This document shows, in pieces, positions 19,438-29,864 of a stretch of DNA of 64,000 bases (position 1 is the first letter of the stretch; every line of letters begins with the position of its first letter). The DNA is from an uncultured delta proteobacterium (GTDB lineage Bacteria > Desulfobacterota > Desulfobacteria > Desulfobacterales > Desulfatirhabdiaceae), in the NCBI GenBank assembly GCA_963789395.1, contig CAWBKP010000010.1, positions 1 to 64,000 on the forward strand, written 5' to 3'. The translations under genes were made by a program, and so were the position numbers. The notes under the pieces were generated by a model. It saw only the letters and a program-made list of their open reading frames with translations, was not told where the DNA came from and did not search any database.

Positions 19438-20916
19438 TTAAAGAATATATCGCTCACAAATTTTGCGGTAGTGATGGCCATATATTGAAAGCGTGACTGC
19501 CAATGACAGTTGTCTGGGCCTGCGGATCAGGGTCCAGAGCATCAGTTGCCAGTAACGAAAACGCTCCTTCCCCAATACCCCGAGTCGGAAAGCGGCGCGA
19601 AAGAATGAAAGAAACCGTTGCATATTTATCGGCTGGTTGATTTCAGACGACTTGAGTTCCTTCAGTAACGTTCTGACACGCCGGTAGTAGTATTTCGGAG
19701 AATAAATCTGTTTCATGATCGATTGATACCCTTCCAAAAGGCTGTCCATGCCCATTCGAGGAATGATATTGGTTGTTCCATCAACATTATCTCCGGTAAA
19801 GGTATCGACCACCCGGCTCTCCCGTTGAAGCCGGTCAAAAAGACGGGTACCCGGAATGGCCTGGAGCATTCCCACCATTGCTGTGACGATTCCGCTCTTC
19901 TGTATGAAATCGATCTGACGTTGGAAAATTGAAGGCTTATCGTTGTCAAAGCCCACAATAAAACCGCCCATCACCTGCAGCCCTGAATGGTGGATGATAT
20001 TGACGCTTTCCAGAAGATCCCGGTTCTTATTCTGGGTTTTATGACATTCCGTCAGACTGACTTCATCGGGAGACTCGATACCGATAAAAACGGCATCGAA
20101 TCCGGCCATTACCATCATGTCCAGAAGTTCAGGGTCATCGGCGAGATTGATGGAGGCTTCCGTGAAAAAAACACATCCCTTTTTATCTTTGCGCCATTCG
20201 ATCAGGGCCGGAAGTAAATGCGCTTTAAGGAAGCCCTTATTTCCAATAAAATTGTCATCAACAAAAAATATACTGCCGCGCCATCCGGAAGCATAAATTC
20301 GGTCCAGTTCCGCGATGACTTGCTGATGTGTTTTTAAGCGCGGCCGGTGACCGAACAGCGCCGTCACATTGCAGAATTCGCAGTTGAAAGGACATCCCCT
20401 GGAAAACTGAATGTTCAGGGACGCATATCGTTTCATTTTTACCAGGTCCCACGAGGGCGTCGGAGAGTCGCAAAGATCGCAGAAGCTTGAAGCCCTGTAG
20501 ACTTTTTTGGGCTGACCGTTTTGCAAGTCCGACAGAAAGGCGGGAAGGGTTAATTCCGCTTCATCGAGAACAAGATGATCCACCCCATTGAATTCATCGG
20601 GCTCGGAAGTAAAAAGAGGCCCGCCGGCAACGACTTTTAAATGCAGCGCATTGCAACGGGCGATGATTTCCCTGGCCGATTTGCGCTGAATTGCCATGCC
20701 TCCGATAAATACCAGATCCGCCCATAAAAGTTCTTTATCCGTGAGGATATCCACGTTCACGTCCACAAGGCGCTTGGACCATTTTACCGGCAACAGGGAC
20801 GCTACCGTAAGCAGGCCAAGCGGCGGGAAAGCCGCCTTCTTTCCGATAAAACTCAAAGCGTACGTGAAAGACCAGAACGTATCCGGAAATTTGGGGTAAA
20901 CAAGGAGAACGTTCAT
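19438..20916 (-). CDS. B12-binding radical SAM protein (DUF4070 type)
   Basis: TFWSF, PPLGLLTVA, SRGCPFNCEFC, FVDDNFIGN, FTEASINLADD, GFIVGFDND. Confidence 0.9.
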   Translation of the reverse strand: MNVLLVYPKFPDTFWSFTYALSFIGKKAAFPPLGLLTVASLLPVKWSKRLVDVNVDILTDKELLWADLVFIGGMAIQRKSAREIIARCNALHLKVVAGGPLFTSEPDEFNGVDHLVLDEAELTLPAFLSDLQNGQPKKVYRASSFCDLCDSPTPSWDLVKMKRYASLNIQFSRGCPFNCEFCNVTALFGHRPRLKTHQQVIAELDRIYASGWRGSIFFVDDNFIGNKGFLKAHLLPALIEWRKDKKGCVFFTEASINLADDPELLDMMVMAGFDAVFIGIESPDEVSLTECHKTQNKNRDLLESVNIIHHSGLQVMGGFIVGFDNDKPSIFQRQIDFIQKSGIVTAMVGMLQAIPGTRLFDRLQRESRVVDTFTGDNVDGTTNIIPRMGMDSLLEGYQSIMKQIYSPKYYYRRVRTLLKELKSSEINQPINMQRFLSFFRAAFRLGVLGKERFRYWQLMLWTLIRRPRQLSLAVTLSIYGHHYRKICERYIL

Positions 20917-21053
20917 ATCCAAAGGCTCCTTTCTGCATAAATATGAAAATAATCAGATTCTTTAATTTTCTTACGGAATCGACAGATTCGATTCCTTCAA
21001 AACCTGTTACCGTATGGCCCGCTACCTGATTTATATTTTGTCGTTTGTCTATC

Positions 21054-21591
21054 TTATTCATCTTCTGGTGAAACTTTCGCTTCGATTTTAACCGGCGCCG
21101 CGCCGTCTTTTTCTATGCCGATTTCTTTGCCGGCTTCTTTTGATAAATCGATATCACGCCCTTTGCTATAAGGGCCCCGATCATTAATTGTTACTTCTAC
21201 AGACTTGCCGGATTCCAGGTTCGTCACGGTTGCTTCAGTTCCCATCGGCAATGTCGGATGCGCAGCGGTAAGGTCATTGTTGATCAAATTTTTCGCCGCT
21301 GGCGGTTTTTTTTCCGTGAAACCCCTTGCCGTACCAGGACGCCTCTCCGACCTGTTCAACGACCGGCTCACCTTTGGCGTCAGTTTTCACCTTGACCGCA
21401 TCCTTCACCAGATCATTCTTCCCTTCCGCTTTCTCAGTCTGCTTGGCTTTCTTTTCTACTTTTTCCGCGATGGCATCAGCCTTTTGTTCAGTTTTATCCC
21501 CGGAAAAAGCTACGCAGCAGTGAAGCCAGAGCATCACTGCTGCGACAGCAACTATACCCAATATCAAATTTTGACATACGCGAATGGACAT
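21054..21591 (-). CDS. rlpA: RlpA-like (DPBB) lytic transglycosylase, frameshift near 21280
   Basis: [22 protein letters not shown] joins [14 protein letters not shown]...[18 protein letters not shown] on removal of one base. Confidence 0.85.
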
Positions 21592-21726
21592 AGATCAGAA
21601 TCTCCCGTCTGAGTTTCAGCCGATCTTCCTAATATGGTGTTCCGTAGACAGCATAAATTTCTTTTGTCCAGGACGGGGCGGCCGGTCGACCTGCTTATGG
21701 TCTGCCTTGAGAACACCATCGCCCGC

Positions 21727-22901
21727 TCATGACTTCACAAAAAGATCCCGGCTTTTTTCTATTCCATCCAGAAGGGCGGAAATCGCATACTGCAGTGCCA
21801 GCCTGGCGCCGTTTTCCGGCGTCGTTTGCGCGTAATTTCCAATCATAGACGTTCCATGCCCTTTGAAAATGATGTTTGAGCCATTATTCGCGTCAAACTC
21901 CAGCTGAAGATCGATTTCAAATTCATACTTCTCGTTGTGTTCCAGGGAATCGGCTCGCAGGAATTTAGGAATCACCACATAATCATAACTCCGCACCCGG
22001 GCATGATCCGGATCATTTGACAAAAGCATCTCCCTGGCTCTGGCTTCGCTTCGCACCTGCCATACATCAACCTTGGCAAATTCGATCCCTAAAGCTTTTC
22101 TCATTTCCAGCTCCGCTTCCCGGCCAAGTTGGTAACGGATGCTGCCTCTCTTATAGTTGCCGACATGATCGAAGGTCTCAAACTCGGCTGGAATCAGCAG
22201 CAGAATTTTCACAGGAATCGGCGGTCTTCCGTACTGAGAATAATCCACGGGGGTCAGGGCGTATTCGTGAGCGTAAGAACTTCCGCGAGAAATTGTTCTG
22301 TCCGCGTTTCTTGGTTCTTCAATGCTTCCGGTTCGATTTAGATCCGATTCCAGTGTATCGAGCCTGCGGGATATGTCTGCTTCTTCCTCGTATGTCGCGT
22401 ATCTGCCGCCTTCCGTCATCCGCATATAGTCACGCCGAATGGTGTCCAATCTGAATTGAAAATCCCGCTCCGCTGCAAGAGACAAACGCTTGCTGGTGCT
22501 TCCATCATCAATTCTCCTTTGAAGTGCGGCAATCCTGTTCCCAATGCCGGGTTCAACAATTCTTGTCGTCCGGCCATCGCCCTGTCGATCTCTTCACCGA
22601 GCCCATCAATTCTGGTAATAAGGTTGTCCCACTCTTCCCGGTAGACACTTTTGTCTTTCAGCGCCGCATATTCTGATCGAATCGCTTTCAGTTTCATCAG
22701 AAAACTCTGAGACTGATCGAGGCTAAGTGCGCCGGTTTTCAGCCCCTCTCCAATCTTCTCCTGAATGACAAACATCTTGTTCTCTGCAGTTCTTTGATCA
22801 TCCTGCCATACTTGAATTGAGGCGCAGCCGCTAATCAGAATCAATCCAAAAATCATTGCTGCCGTCACATAGCCAACGCTTCTTATTTCTTGTTTATTCA
22901 T
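21727..22901 (-). CDS. Hypothetical lipoprotein (two helical repeats plus C-terminal domain), frameshift near 22570
   Basis: Lipobox ISGC; ORF 22416-22901 continues in the frame of ORF 21727-22485 via RIAALQRRIDDG; the C-terminal part is paralogous to 24684-25310. Confidence 0.65.
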
Positions 22902-23091
22902 TTGCCACCTCCATTTTTTAGATGTTCAATCAGTTGAATAGCTCACGCACGTACGGACGTAGAGATCGATATAGACGGGCAGGGAAATGATACTGATGCC
23001 CGGCGGTGTAACCGGTGAATAAATGACCGAAGGATAGCGGAAACAAGGCATCCAAGGGGAATAACCTACATTTATTTCGCATTTATAATAG

Positions 23092-23241
23092 TGCATTCTT
23101 TATGCCAGGTTTCATTCACGCCGCTTTACATCATACATCATGTTGATTTTTATGAACAATTAATCCAAAAAGCATTGACAAAGCTGCCACTTGCTGTCTT
23201 ATATAATATGGTCATATTTAACCAGATGGTCACATATGACT
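23092..23241 (-). promoter_or_regulatory. sigma54 promoter module copy 3
   Basis: Minus TGGCATAAAGAATGCA (23092-23107); IHF-like AATCAACATGATG (23136-23148); GGTCATATTTAACC-AGAT-GGTCACATATGACT (23210-23241). Confidence 0.8.
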
Positions 23242-23422
23242 TTTTTCCGTCTCTTGCGTGTAGCGTGCTTTTTTACAAAAAAAATCTTTTCAATTGGCTG
23301 CCCGATAGAGGGGACAGTTTGAATTTTGCTGTAATATTCTGATTAAATGGTGTGACAATAAATCTATCAAGGACTATCCTATCGTATTACAGATTGACGA
23401 GAAGTACTTTAAAGGGGCTACC

Positions 23423-23629
23423 ATGAACAAGTTATTGATGCAGATGATAGGGATTGAATCATCCAGGCGGGGCCGGCCGCCTGCCCCCGAATCTCTGCGC
23501 AGGCAGCAGATCGGGAGATCGATTCGGCTGCCCAAATGGATTGTTGACTGGTTGAGGGCTGAAGGAAATTCCGGAAAGAAGATCGAGGCGGCTCTTGTCG
23601 GGCATGATGGGCTGACCCCGCCGGAATAA
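23423..23629 (+). CDS. Small BrnA-antitoxin-like / ribbon-helix-helix protein
   Basis: AAAGGGG RBS; RRGRPP...SIRLPKWIVDWLRAEG resembles the RGRP...SIRLD..V..WF...G pattern. Confidence 0.5.
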   Translation: MNKLLMQMIGIESSRRGRPPAPESLRRQQIGRSIRLPKWIVDWLRAEGNSGKKIEAALVGHDGLTPPE

Positions 23630-23691
23630 AATTTATGCGCGGCAGCCCATGTCAACTCGGCTTGAACGATAGGCTGCCGACACGATGCCCC

Positions 23692-24036
23692 TTATGGATA
23701 AATAATGATGGGCGGGAAAAAGATACTGATGCCCGGCGGCGGGGGCGGCGCATAGATGACCGGCGGCGGCGCATAAACGCGACCCCCATAGTCATAACTG
23801 TAGCCATAAGGCCGATACACTTGCCGGCCATGCACATAGGGGTTGCGATAATACCCGCCCCTTCCGTGATCGTACCCGCGGCCTCTGTGATCGCTACGGC
23901 CGTTGTCATGTCCTCCCTTATTATTTTTAGCGAGGGCCGGCGATACGCCCATGCAACCGATCATAATGGCTAAAACAAGCCCCATCATAATCCTGCCCAC
24001 TATGGTCCTATAATTCCAAATACTTGATGTTTTCAT
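23692..24036 (-). CDS. Secreted Gly/Tyr/Arg/Pro-rich small protein
   Basis: Signal peptide ending PALA, low-complexity GRGY repeats, C-terminal VYAPPPVIYAPPPPPGISIFFP; GGAG RBS. Confidence 0.7.
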   Translation of the reverse strand: MKTSSIWNYRTIVGRIMMGLVLAIMIGCMGVSPALAKNNKGGHDNGRSDHRGRGYDHGRGGYYRNPYVHGRQVYRPYGYSYDYGGRVYAPPPVIYAPPPPPGISIFFPPIIIYP

Positions 24037-24105
24037 AATGTCACTCCATTCTTGGATCGATTCCAATCGCCTGCCTGGCGTCAATCGCTGGTTGAATATG
24101 TATGA

Positions 24106-24589
24106 TCAATGCATACTGTTTTTTCCATCTCGCCCTGTCAGAAATATTGTATCGGTAGTCTTTTTTCTGTTTATCCGACATACTGTCATAGAGCGCCTCG
24201 AAAGGCGGGATGAACTTCTTCAGTTGATCCAAATGGGCTTGGGAAATTTGAACGCGGAATTTCATTTGCTCGACAGAGTTCATGGTCATGGTTTTTTCAG
24301 TCCTGTCCTTGGTAAGCGCGTCCATTTCTTTGGCATTTTCACGCATCACCTGGGTAAGGTTATTCCATAATTCTTTCTGGGCATCGGTGATCTTCAGCGC
24401 GCCTTGAAGCTGTTTGATTTGGGCCTCGGTATACTCGACAGCAGAGGTTCTGCCGACATCCGAGGATTTCTTTTTGCTTGAGGCAGCAAAAGCAGGATTT
24501 GCATCGGCAAAAATGATAATGGATAGAAACGCCATTATTACAACAACGAGTGTAACGGGGAAAATAAATTGGTTAGCCTTTTGTTTCAT
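24106..24589 (-). CDS. Spy/CpxP (LTXXQ) family periplasmic chaperone-like protein; probable homopolymer frameshift near 24165
   Basis: Signal peptide, LKITDAQKELWN, FEALYDSMSDKQKK; removing one A gives the expected KTTDTIF tail and a stop at 24106. Confidence 0.75.
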
Positions 24590-24683
24590 GGTCTGTCTCC
24601 TTATGAATTTGTCTTTAGAAAATAGTATGGTTGATGGGACGAATACGCGACTTGAACACCTCCGAAATCCAGACGCCCGGTCA

Positions 24684-25310
24684 TTAGTAAACAAAAAGAT
24701 TCCGTCTTTTTTCAATGCCATCCAGAAGGGCGGAAACCGCGTACTGCAGTGCCAGGCTGGCGCCTTTTTCCCGCGTCGATTGCGCGTCCTTTCCAATCAT
24801 GGACTCTCCATGGCCTGTGATGGTGATGCTTGAGCCGTTATTTGCGGTAAACTCCACCTGAAGATCGACTTCAAAGCCATACTTCACTTTGTCTTCCGTG
24901 GAATCGGCGCGCAGGAATTTAGGTATCGCCACGTAATCATAGGTCCGCACCCGGGCGTTTTCCGGATCATTCGGCAAAAGCATCTCTATCGCCCTGGCTT
25001 CGCTTTTCACCGGCATTATTTCAACCTTGGCGAATTCAATGCCAAAGGCGTTTCTCATCTCAAGTTCTGCATCACGGCCGAGGTAGTAACGGATACCACC
25101 GCTCTCAATATTGCTGGTATGCTCGAAGCGCTCAAACTCGGCCGGAAACAGCAGCAGAATTTTCGCCGGAATCGGCGGCCTGCCATACCGGGAATAATCC
25201 AAGGGAGTCTCCTCACTTAAAGGCGAAAACCGATGCTCCGAACACGCCAGGGTGAAACACCCGAGTGTGACAATCATAAAAAGTACAACCACGATTTTGT
25301 TGGGTTTCAC
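24684..25310 (-). CDS. Hypothetical lipoprotein
   Basis: Lipobox TLAC; close paralog of the C-terminal domain in 21727-22260 (YGRPPIP.KILLL.PAEFE, PKFLRADS). Confidence 0.75.
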   Translation of the reverse strand: MKPNKIVVVLFMIVTLGCFTLACSEHRFSPLSEETPLDYSRYGRPPIPAKILLLFPAEFERFEHTSNIESGGIRYYLGRDAELEMRNAFGIEFAKVEIMPVKSEARAIEMLLPNDPENARVRTYDYVAIPKFLRADSTEDKVKYGFEVDLQVEFTANNGSSITITGHGESMIGKDAQSTREKGASLALQYAVSALLDGIEKRRNLFVY

Positions 25311-25397
25311 TTTTCTTTTCCTTGTAATATGAAAACAATCTCTTAACCATGGGTGATGATCTCAAAAAATCAAATTTGGATGGCAGCAGGCGATGGT

Positions 25398-25754
25398 TTA
25401 ACGGAAAAATTCCAGAGCCACGTCTGATAGCGCGTTGACCACGGGCCGGGCAAAGCGGCCGGTGGCGCCCGAACGACGAGAGCCTGCACCCAGAAGATAC
25501 CCCAGCCCGACGCCTACCCCCAATGCGAGAAGCACTGTCTTGCCCGGATTTTTACTGCCATAACGCTTAACCTGCTCATATGTTTCACTTACCGTCCGGG
25601 CTGTTTTATCATAAACTTCACTTACAGCCTCCTGCGCTTGGCCGCGAACCTCAGCGCCGTTTTCCTGGGTGCTATGCTCAGCAGCGCTATCGCTGCCGGA
25701 TTCTTCCGCAGTTTGCTGTTTGGGGGTATCGTGTTTTTTGTGTTTGACTTCCAT
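25398..25754 (-). CDS. DUF883/ElaB-YqjD-like tail-anchored protein
   Basis: Charged helical N-terminus, then KNPGKTVLLALGVGVGLGYLLG. Confidence 0.7.
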   Translation of the reverse strand: MEVKHKKHDTPKQQTAEESGSDSAAEHSTQENGAEVRGQAQEAVSEVYDKTARTVSETYEQVKRYGSKNPGKTVLLALGVGVGLGYLLGAGSRRSGATGRFARPVVNALSDVALEFFR

Positions 25755-25791
25755 GTTATCCTCCTAAAAAAGATTAAACGTTATCTTTTAT

Positions 25792-26280
25792 TTAAGTATT
25801 TGTTGATATATCCGCTTCCGGACTGATGGTTGAACCGCTCCCTGTCCGGGGTTGAGGCCCGGCCCCGCCACCTGCCGCATCTGCTGAGATTGCCTTCTTT
25901 ATCCAACTGGCGGCGGCCTTCGTGGCGATTCTTTGCAGGGCCACCAGAATCAGGCTGGAGCCGGCGGCTCCGGCAAACACGCCACCGACTGAGCCGCGAA
26001 CTTCTTTTGCAATGGATCCCATGATGCGCTCCATGGGCGTGGCGCGTGCTATCAATATCCTTGAGGCAAGATACCCAAGGCCGGCGGCAGCCCCTATCGC
26101 CAGGTATGGAGAGTCCTTCACATATTCACGCCAATTCAGTTTCTCTTCGATAAGCTCGCCGATTTGAGCGACCGTCTGGGAAATGTTCTCTTCTCCTTTG
26201 GCGATATCCTGACGGATGTCTTCGGAACTGCGCTCGACATCCGCTTCCTCTGTATCACCAGGATTCTTTGTGTCGGCCAT
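25792..26280 (-). CDS. DUF3618-like protein
   Basis: RSSEDIRQDI...ISQTVAQIGE..EEKLNWREYVKDSPYLAIGAAAGLG. Confidence 0.7.
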   Translation of the reverse strand: MADTKNPGDTEEADVERSSEDIRQDIAKGEENISQTVAQIGELIEEKLNWREYVKDSPYLAIGAAAGLGYLASRILIARATPMERIMGSIAKEVRGSVGGVFAGAAGSSLILVALQRIATKAAASWIKKAISADAAGGGAGPQPRTGSGSTISPEADISTNT

Positions 26281-26314
26281 TGCTTGTCCTCCTTTTCAGT
26301 GTCTGTATTGTCAT

Positions 26315-26671
26315 CTACGTTTTAAGGGTCGATTTCTTCAATAGCCTGTATCCGATGAAGGCAACGCCGACGCCGATGAATGCAAGCGCCGCTCCCGTGA
26401 CAAGCGCCGCAATGACTGGGGCCATATAAAAAGTGAGTTCGATGAACAATGCGGCGCAAAGAGACAGGAAAGCGGCAAAACCGATGACCACGCCTGTCGC
26501 GACAATCAGGACACCGCTGCGAACAGCCCTTCCCTTTTCGCGGATTTCCTGGGTCACGAGCTCAATCTCGTTGTGAACCACCGCGGACGAGTTGTTGGCA
26601 AGCTGTTTCAGCAGTTCGGTCAAGGATTCGCGTTGTGTTGCCGGGTCCTTGTTGACCACGTTGCTGTTCAT
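26315..26671 (-). CDS. Phage-holin-like (YqjE-type) two-TM membrane protein
   Basis: SLTELLKQLANNSSAVVHNEIELVTQEI followed by two TM helices; in the usual DUF883-holin-DUF3618 order. Confidence 0.8.
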   Translation of the reverse strand: MNSNVVNKDPATQRESLTELLKQLANNSSAVVHNEIELVTQEIREKGRAVRSGVLIVATGVVIGFAAFLSLCAALFIELTFYMAPVIAALVTGAALAFIGVGVAFIGYRLLKKSTLKT

Positions 26672-26687
26672 AGGGAAATTCGCCTCC

Positions 26688-27038
26688 TTACCTGCGTCGC
26701 AAAATCGCTCCGATAATCAGGCCGGCGCCTCCTGCTATCAAGAGACAGCGCCCCGGATTCTGCCCGATATATTTCCGGACACCGGCGTTTGCCCGTTCAT
26801 AATCGAATTGCCGAACATACTCGGCGGATTGGTCCAGCCACGCCGATGCCGGGTTTTCCGAACCCATGCCGGATTGCACGTCCGAATCTCCCGCTTTTTC
26901 GCTTAGCGCATCGGCAATATGATGCAATTTATCAGCGATAATATTTTTGACGTTCTCGAAGCCGGTTGACTGCCCCGAACCCTGGAACGCTTCGGCGGCT
27001 TCTTCGGTTTCATCAACTGTGCTATTGTTTTCTCCCAT
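26688..27038 (-). CDS. DUF883-like hypothetical protein
   Basis: WLDQSAEYVR...YIGQNPGRCLLIAGGAGLIIGAILRRR. Confidence 0.7.
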   Translation of the reverse strand: MGENNSTVDETEEAAEAFQGSGQSTGFENVKNIIADKLHHIADALSEKAGDSDVQSGMGSENPASAWLDQSAEYVRQFDYERANAGVRKYIGQNPGRCLLIAGGAGLIIGAILRRR

Positions 27039-27154
27039 GGTTCACCTCATAATAAGTTATCGTGCGATACTGCAGGAAATGGTGAAGCCTCGTGGGGATA
27101 TTCTTTTCTGCCGTGTTCCCCAAATTTTCACGCAATCGAAGGGTTACCTTCAGT

Positions 27155-28860
27155 CTAAGGCCGTTGAGCCTTGTTCGCCAAAGCGCGGCAGATCGAGTCG
27201 CCAAGCGCCTTGAATTGATACGGCTTTTCCAGAAACGCCTGCGGCCATTCGTCATGATCACCTGCCATGACATGTTCCTTGCCGTATCCGCTGGTGAGGA
27301 CAAACGGAATTCCAGGCAACAAGCTGCGAAGGGCTGCCAGCGTTTCCCAGCCGTCCATGCGTGGCATGGTCAAATCACAAAAAACGCAACGGATCTCAAC
27401 TGAATGCAATCGGAATACCTCCACAGCCTCGATGCCATCCCTGGCTTCAAGCACGGTATAGCCCAAGTGCTCCATCATCGTCCTTGACCATATTACGCAC
27501 CTGATCCTCGTCTTCGACCAACAGCACCGTGCCGCCGCCTTCATTCTCCCGGATCAAGGCTATCTTTGTCCGGACGGCGTGGAACTACTTCAGCCGATAC
27601 CGGGAAAAAGACCCGAAAAATACTGCCCCGTCCCGGCGTGCTCTCCACAGTGACAACCCCGTGGTGTGCCCGCACAATCCCCAGAACCACAGGCAGGCCA
27701 AGACCCCGTCCGATAAATTTGGTGGAGAAAAACGGATCGAAGATCTTCTCGAAATCCTCTTCTGCAATGCCGCTGCCCGCATCCGCGACTTCCAGGCAGG
27801 CGTAGGCAATGTCCCGGGGTTGCCAGTCGACAGGAAAACGCTTTAATGCGGGAATATCTTCGCGGAAACCATCTTGACGGTCAGTCCAATGCCGCGTCTG
27901 TTCTTGTCGGCGGACTCCCAGGCATTGGTGACCAGGTTGGTCAAAACCTGCATTATCTGGACTGCGTCCGCACGAATGACTCGGGCCGGATGACCGGGAA
28001 ATCGGCCTTTAGGAGTGTGCCTTTTGGTGCCACGGCCTGAAGCAGCGCCAGACTTCGCCGGAAGGTTTCAGAAAGATTTATGGGTTCCAGCGTACAGGGC
28101 GTTTGCCCCAGATAGGTCAGCATCAGACCGCTGACCTCCGCTGCCTTGAGGGCTGCCTGCATGGCCGAGACCAGGCTATCCATCTTATTTTCACCCAGCG
28201 GCGGATCCTTCATGGCCATTTCGAGGTTTCCCATCACCACATGGAGTTGATTGTTGAAATGATGGGCGATGGCCCCGGCCATACGGCCCAGGCTTTCGGC
28301 CTTCTGGAGCTGCCGGTTCTGGACCTCGAGTCCGGTCTTTTCCGCTTCAACCCGCTTGTAGTCGGTAATATCGCTCATCGCAACACGCCACATGTCGGCA
28401 CCGTCGGCACCCTGCACGGTTGTTGCCTCCAGCCGTACCCATAAGGGTGCGTCACCATTTTTCTCCATCCGCAGTTCGCAAGTCTGGAGTTTCCCGGTCT
28501 CAAAAAGCTGTTTGCTGTGCTGGTAGTAGATGTCCTGGTCTTCTTTGTGGATGAACCAGGTGATCGGCTGCTTGACCAGAGTGTCCCGGACCACGCCCAG
28601 CAGGGTGGCGGCAGTGAGGTTGGCTTCCAGAATCTGTCCCTGCTTCGCTGAGGGTGAAATAGCCCACCGGCGCCAGGTCGTACAGATCGAAATAGCGTGC
28701 TCGCGATAGAGTCTATTTTCATATATGCTGTTCGCAGCTCCTCGTTCTGCATCTCCAATTCAATCTGATGCACACGCAGCTCGTGGAGCATCTGTCGGGT
28801 TTCTTCGGGCGCCAGTGCCTTGCGGTCTTCCATCGACACGGCCGCTTTTTCATGAACCAT
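27155..28860 (-). pseudogene. Degraded PAS-HisKA-HATPase-REC hybrid histidine kinase (multiple frameshifts)
   Basis: Pieces in alternating frames: [79 protein letters not shown]. Confidence 0.75.
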
Positions 28861-29199
28861 CTTTTCTGCCTGTTTACGTATTTCCTGCTCACCGGATCCG
28901 TGGCGAAAGGAGAAATGGACAGGAAAGGGACAAAGGGCTCCATCAGATGGCGTACGCCGTTCTGAAACGCCATGTCGCGGGCCGGCTGGATGAACTGCTT
29001 TTCCGGCGACCTCATGCGTTTCGATTGCCCGGGCAGACGGCACTTCCACTGCTGTTTCCTTGTATATATTTCTGGATGTCATGTTTGGCTTATCCCTGTT
29101 TCTTCGCGTTCGCTACAGCAATCCCGGTAATTATGGTGTACTCAAGTCCGAGTTTTATCATCGAAGTTTCTGTTCAATAAAAACGATCCACCGAAATCG

Positions 29200-29232
29200 A
29201 ACAATCCGCGGGGCGATTGCCCGCGGATTGTT
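29200..29232. terminator. Hairpin, probable intrinsic terminator after gene 29255-29746
   Basis: 13-bp perfect stem AACAATCCGCGGG / CCCGCGGATTGTT with a 7-nt loop, about 20 nt past the stop codon. Confidence 0.6.
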
Positions 29233-29254
29233 GAATTTTTTCCGGCTCGAGCAG

Positions 29255-29746
29255 TTAATTACTCTCGGTCGTTGTTGTAGTGCTGGTTTGCTTCTTTCCG
29301 ATCGCTGGATTTTCGATCGTCGTGGTAGTGCTGGTTTGTTTTTTCCCGATAGAGGGCTTATCGATTGTCGTCGTGGTGCTGGTCCGTTTCTCTTCGATCC
29401 CGGGCTTTTCGGTCGTCATCGTGGTTTTCTGAACCATCACTTTGTTAGCGACCATGCGATCGCCTTCGCGGGTATAGTAAACCGTTACCGGCAGACCGGA
29501 TTTGACAGTCTCGATGGAGACAGGCGCACCCGTTTCGTCAACATAGGTTGTACTCTTCGAGTAGCTATAGCTCATCGGAGATGAACTGGTTTCGGACCGG
29601 ACCACGATGTTGTTGGGGCTGACTTCGCTGATCGTCCCGGCGGTTTCCGTTGTCGTGACCGTGCTTACAATCCCCTGTTGGGCAAATAACCCGCATGGTA
29701 TAATCAAAACTGCCAATACAAATACGAACGACATTGCTGTTTTCAT
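29255..29746 (-). CDS. Secreted Thr-rich protein (small beta-barrel plus tandem repeats)
   Basis: Signal peptide (LFA/QQ), GTISEV...TTYVDETGAPVSIETVKSGLPVTVYY, then Thr-rich repeats; AAAGG RBS. Confidence 0.75.
   Translation of the reverse strand: MKTAMSFVFVLAVLIIPCGLFAQQGIVSTVTTTETAGTISEVSPNNIVVRSETSSSPMSYSYSKSTTYVDETGAPVSIETVKSGLPVTVYYTREGDRMVANKVMVQKTTMTTEKPGIEEKRTSTTTTIDKPSIGKKQTSTTTTIENPAIGKKQTSTTTTTESN
29265..29430 (-). repeat. About three degenerate 48-bp tandem repeats (16-aa unit TSTTTTI.KP.IGKKQ)
   Basis: GTAGTGCTGGTTTG recurs at 29277 and 29325; a third degenerate copy follows. Confidence 0.8.
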
Positions 29747-29864
29747 AACTTTTCCTTTTTTTGTGAAATTTTTAAGCATTCGATGTAAATCTTCTTTCAT
29801 GCTTTAAAATCCCGCAGAGCCTTTCCCTGCAGGCTGTTGAACTTTGAACCGGTTCTCGAGCACC

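Noticed and set aside
19438..20916. Calling the B12 radical SAM enzyme hpnP
   Set aside because: The family is broad and no hopanoid genes are nearby; needs a phylogeny.
26315..26671. Holin as evidence of a prophage
   Set aside because: YqjE-type membrane protein in its usual stress-cluster context; no phage genes in the window.
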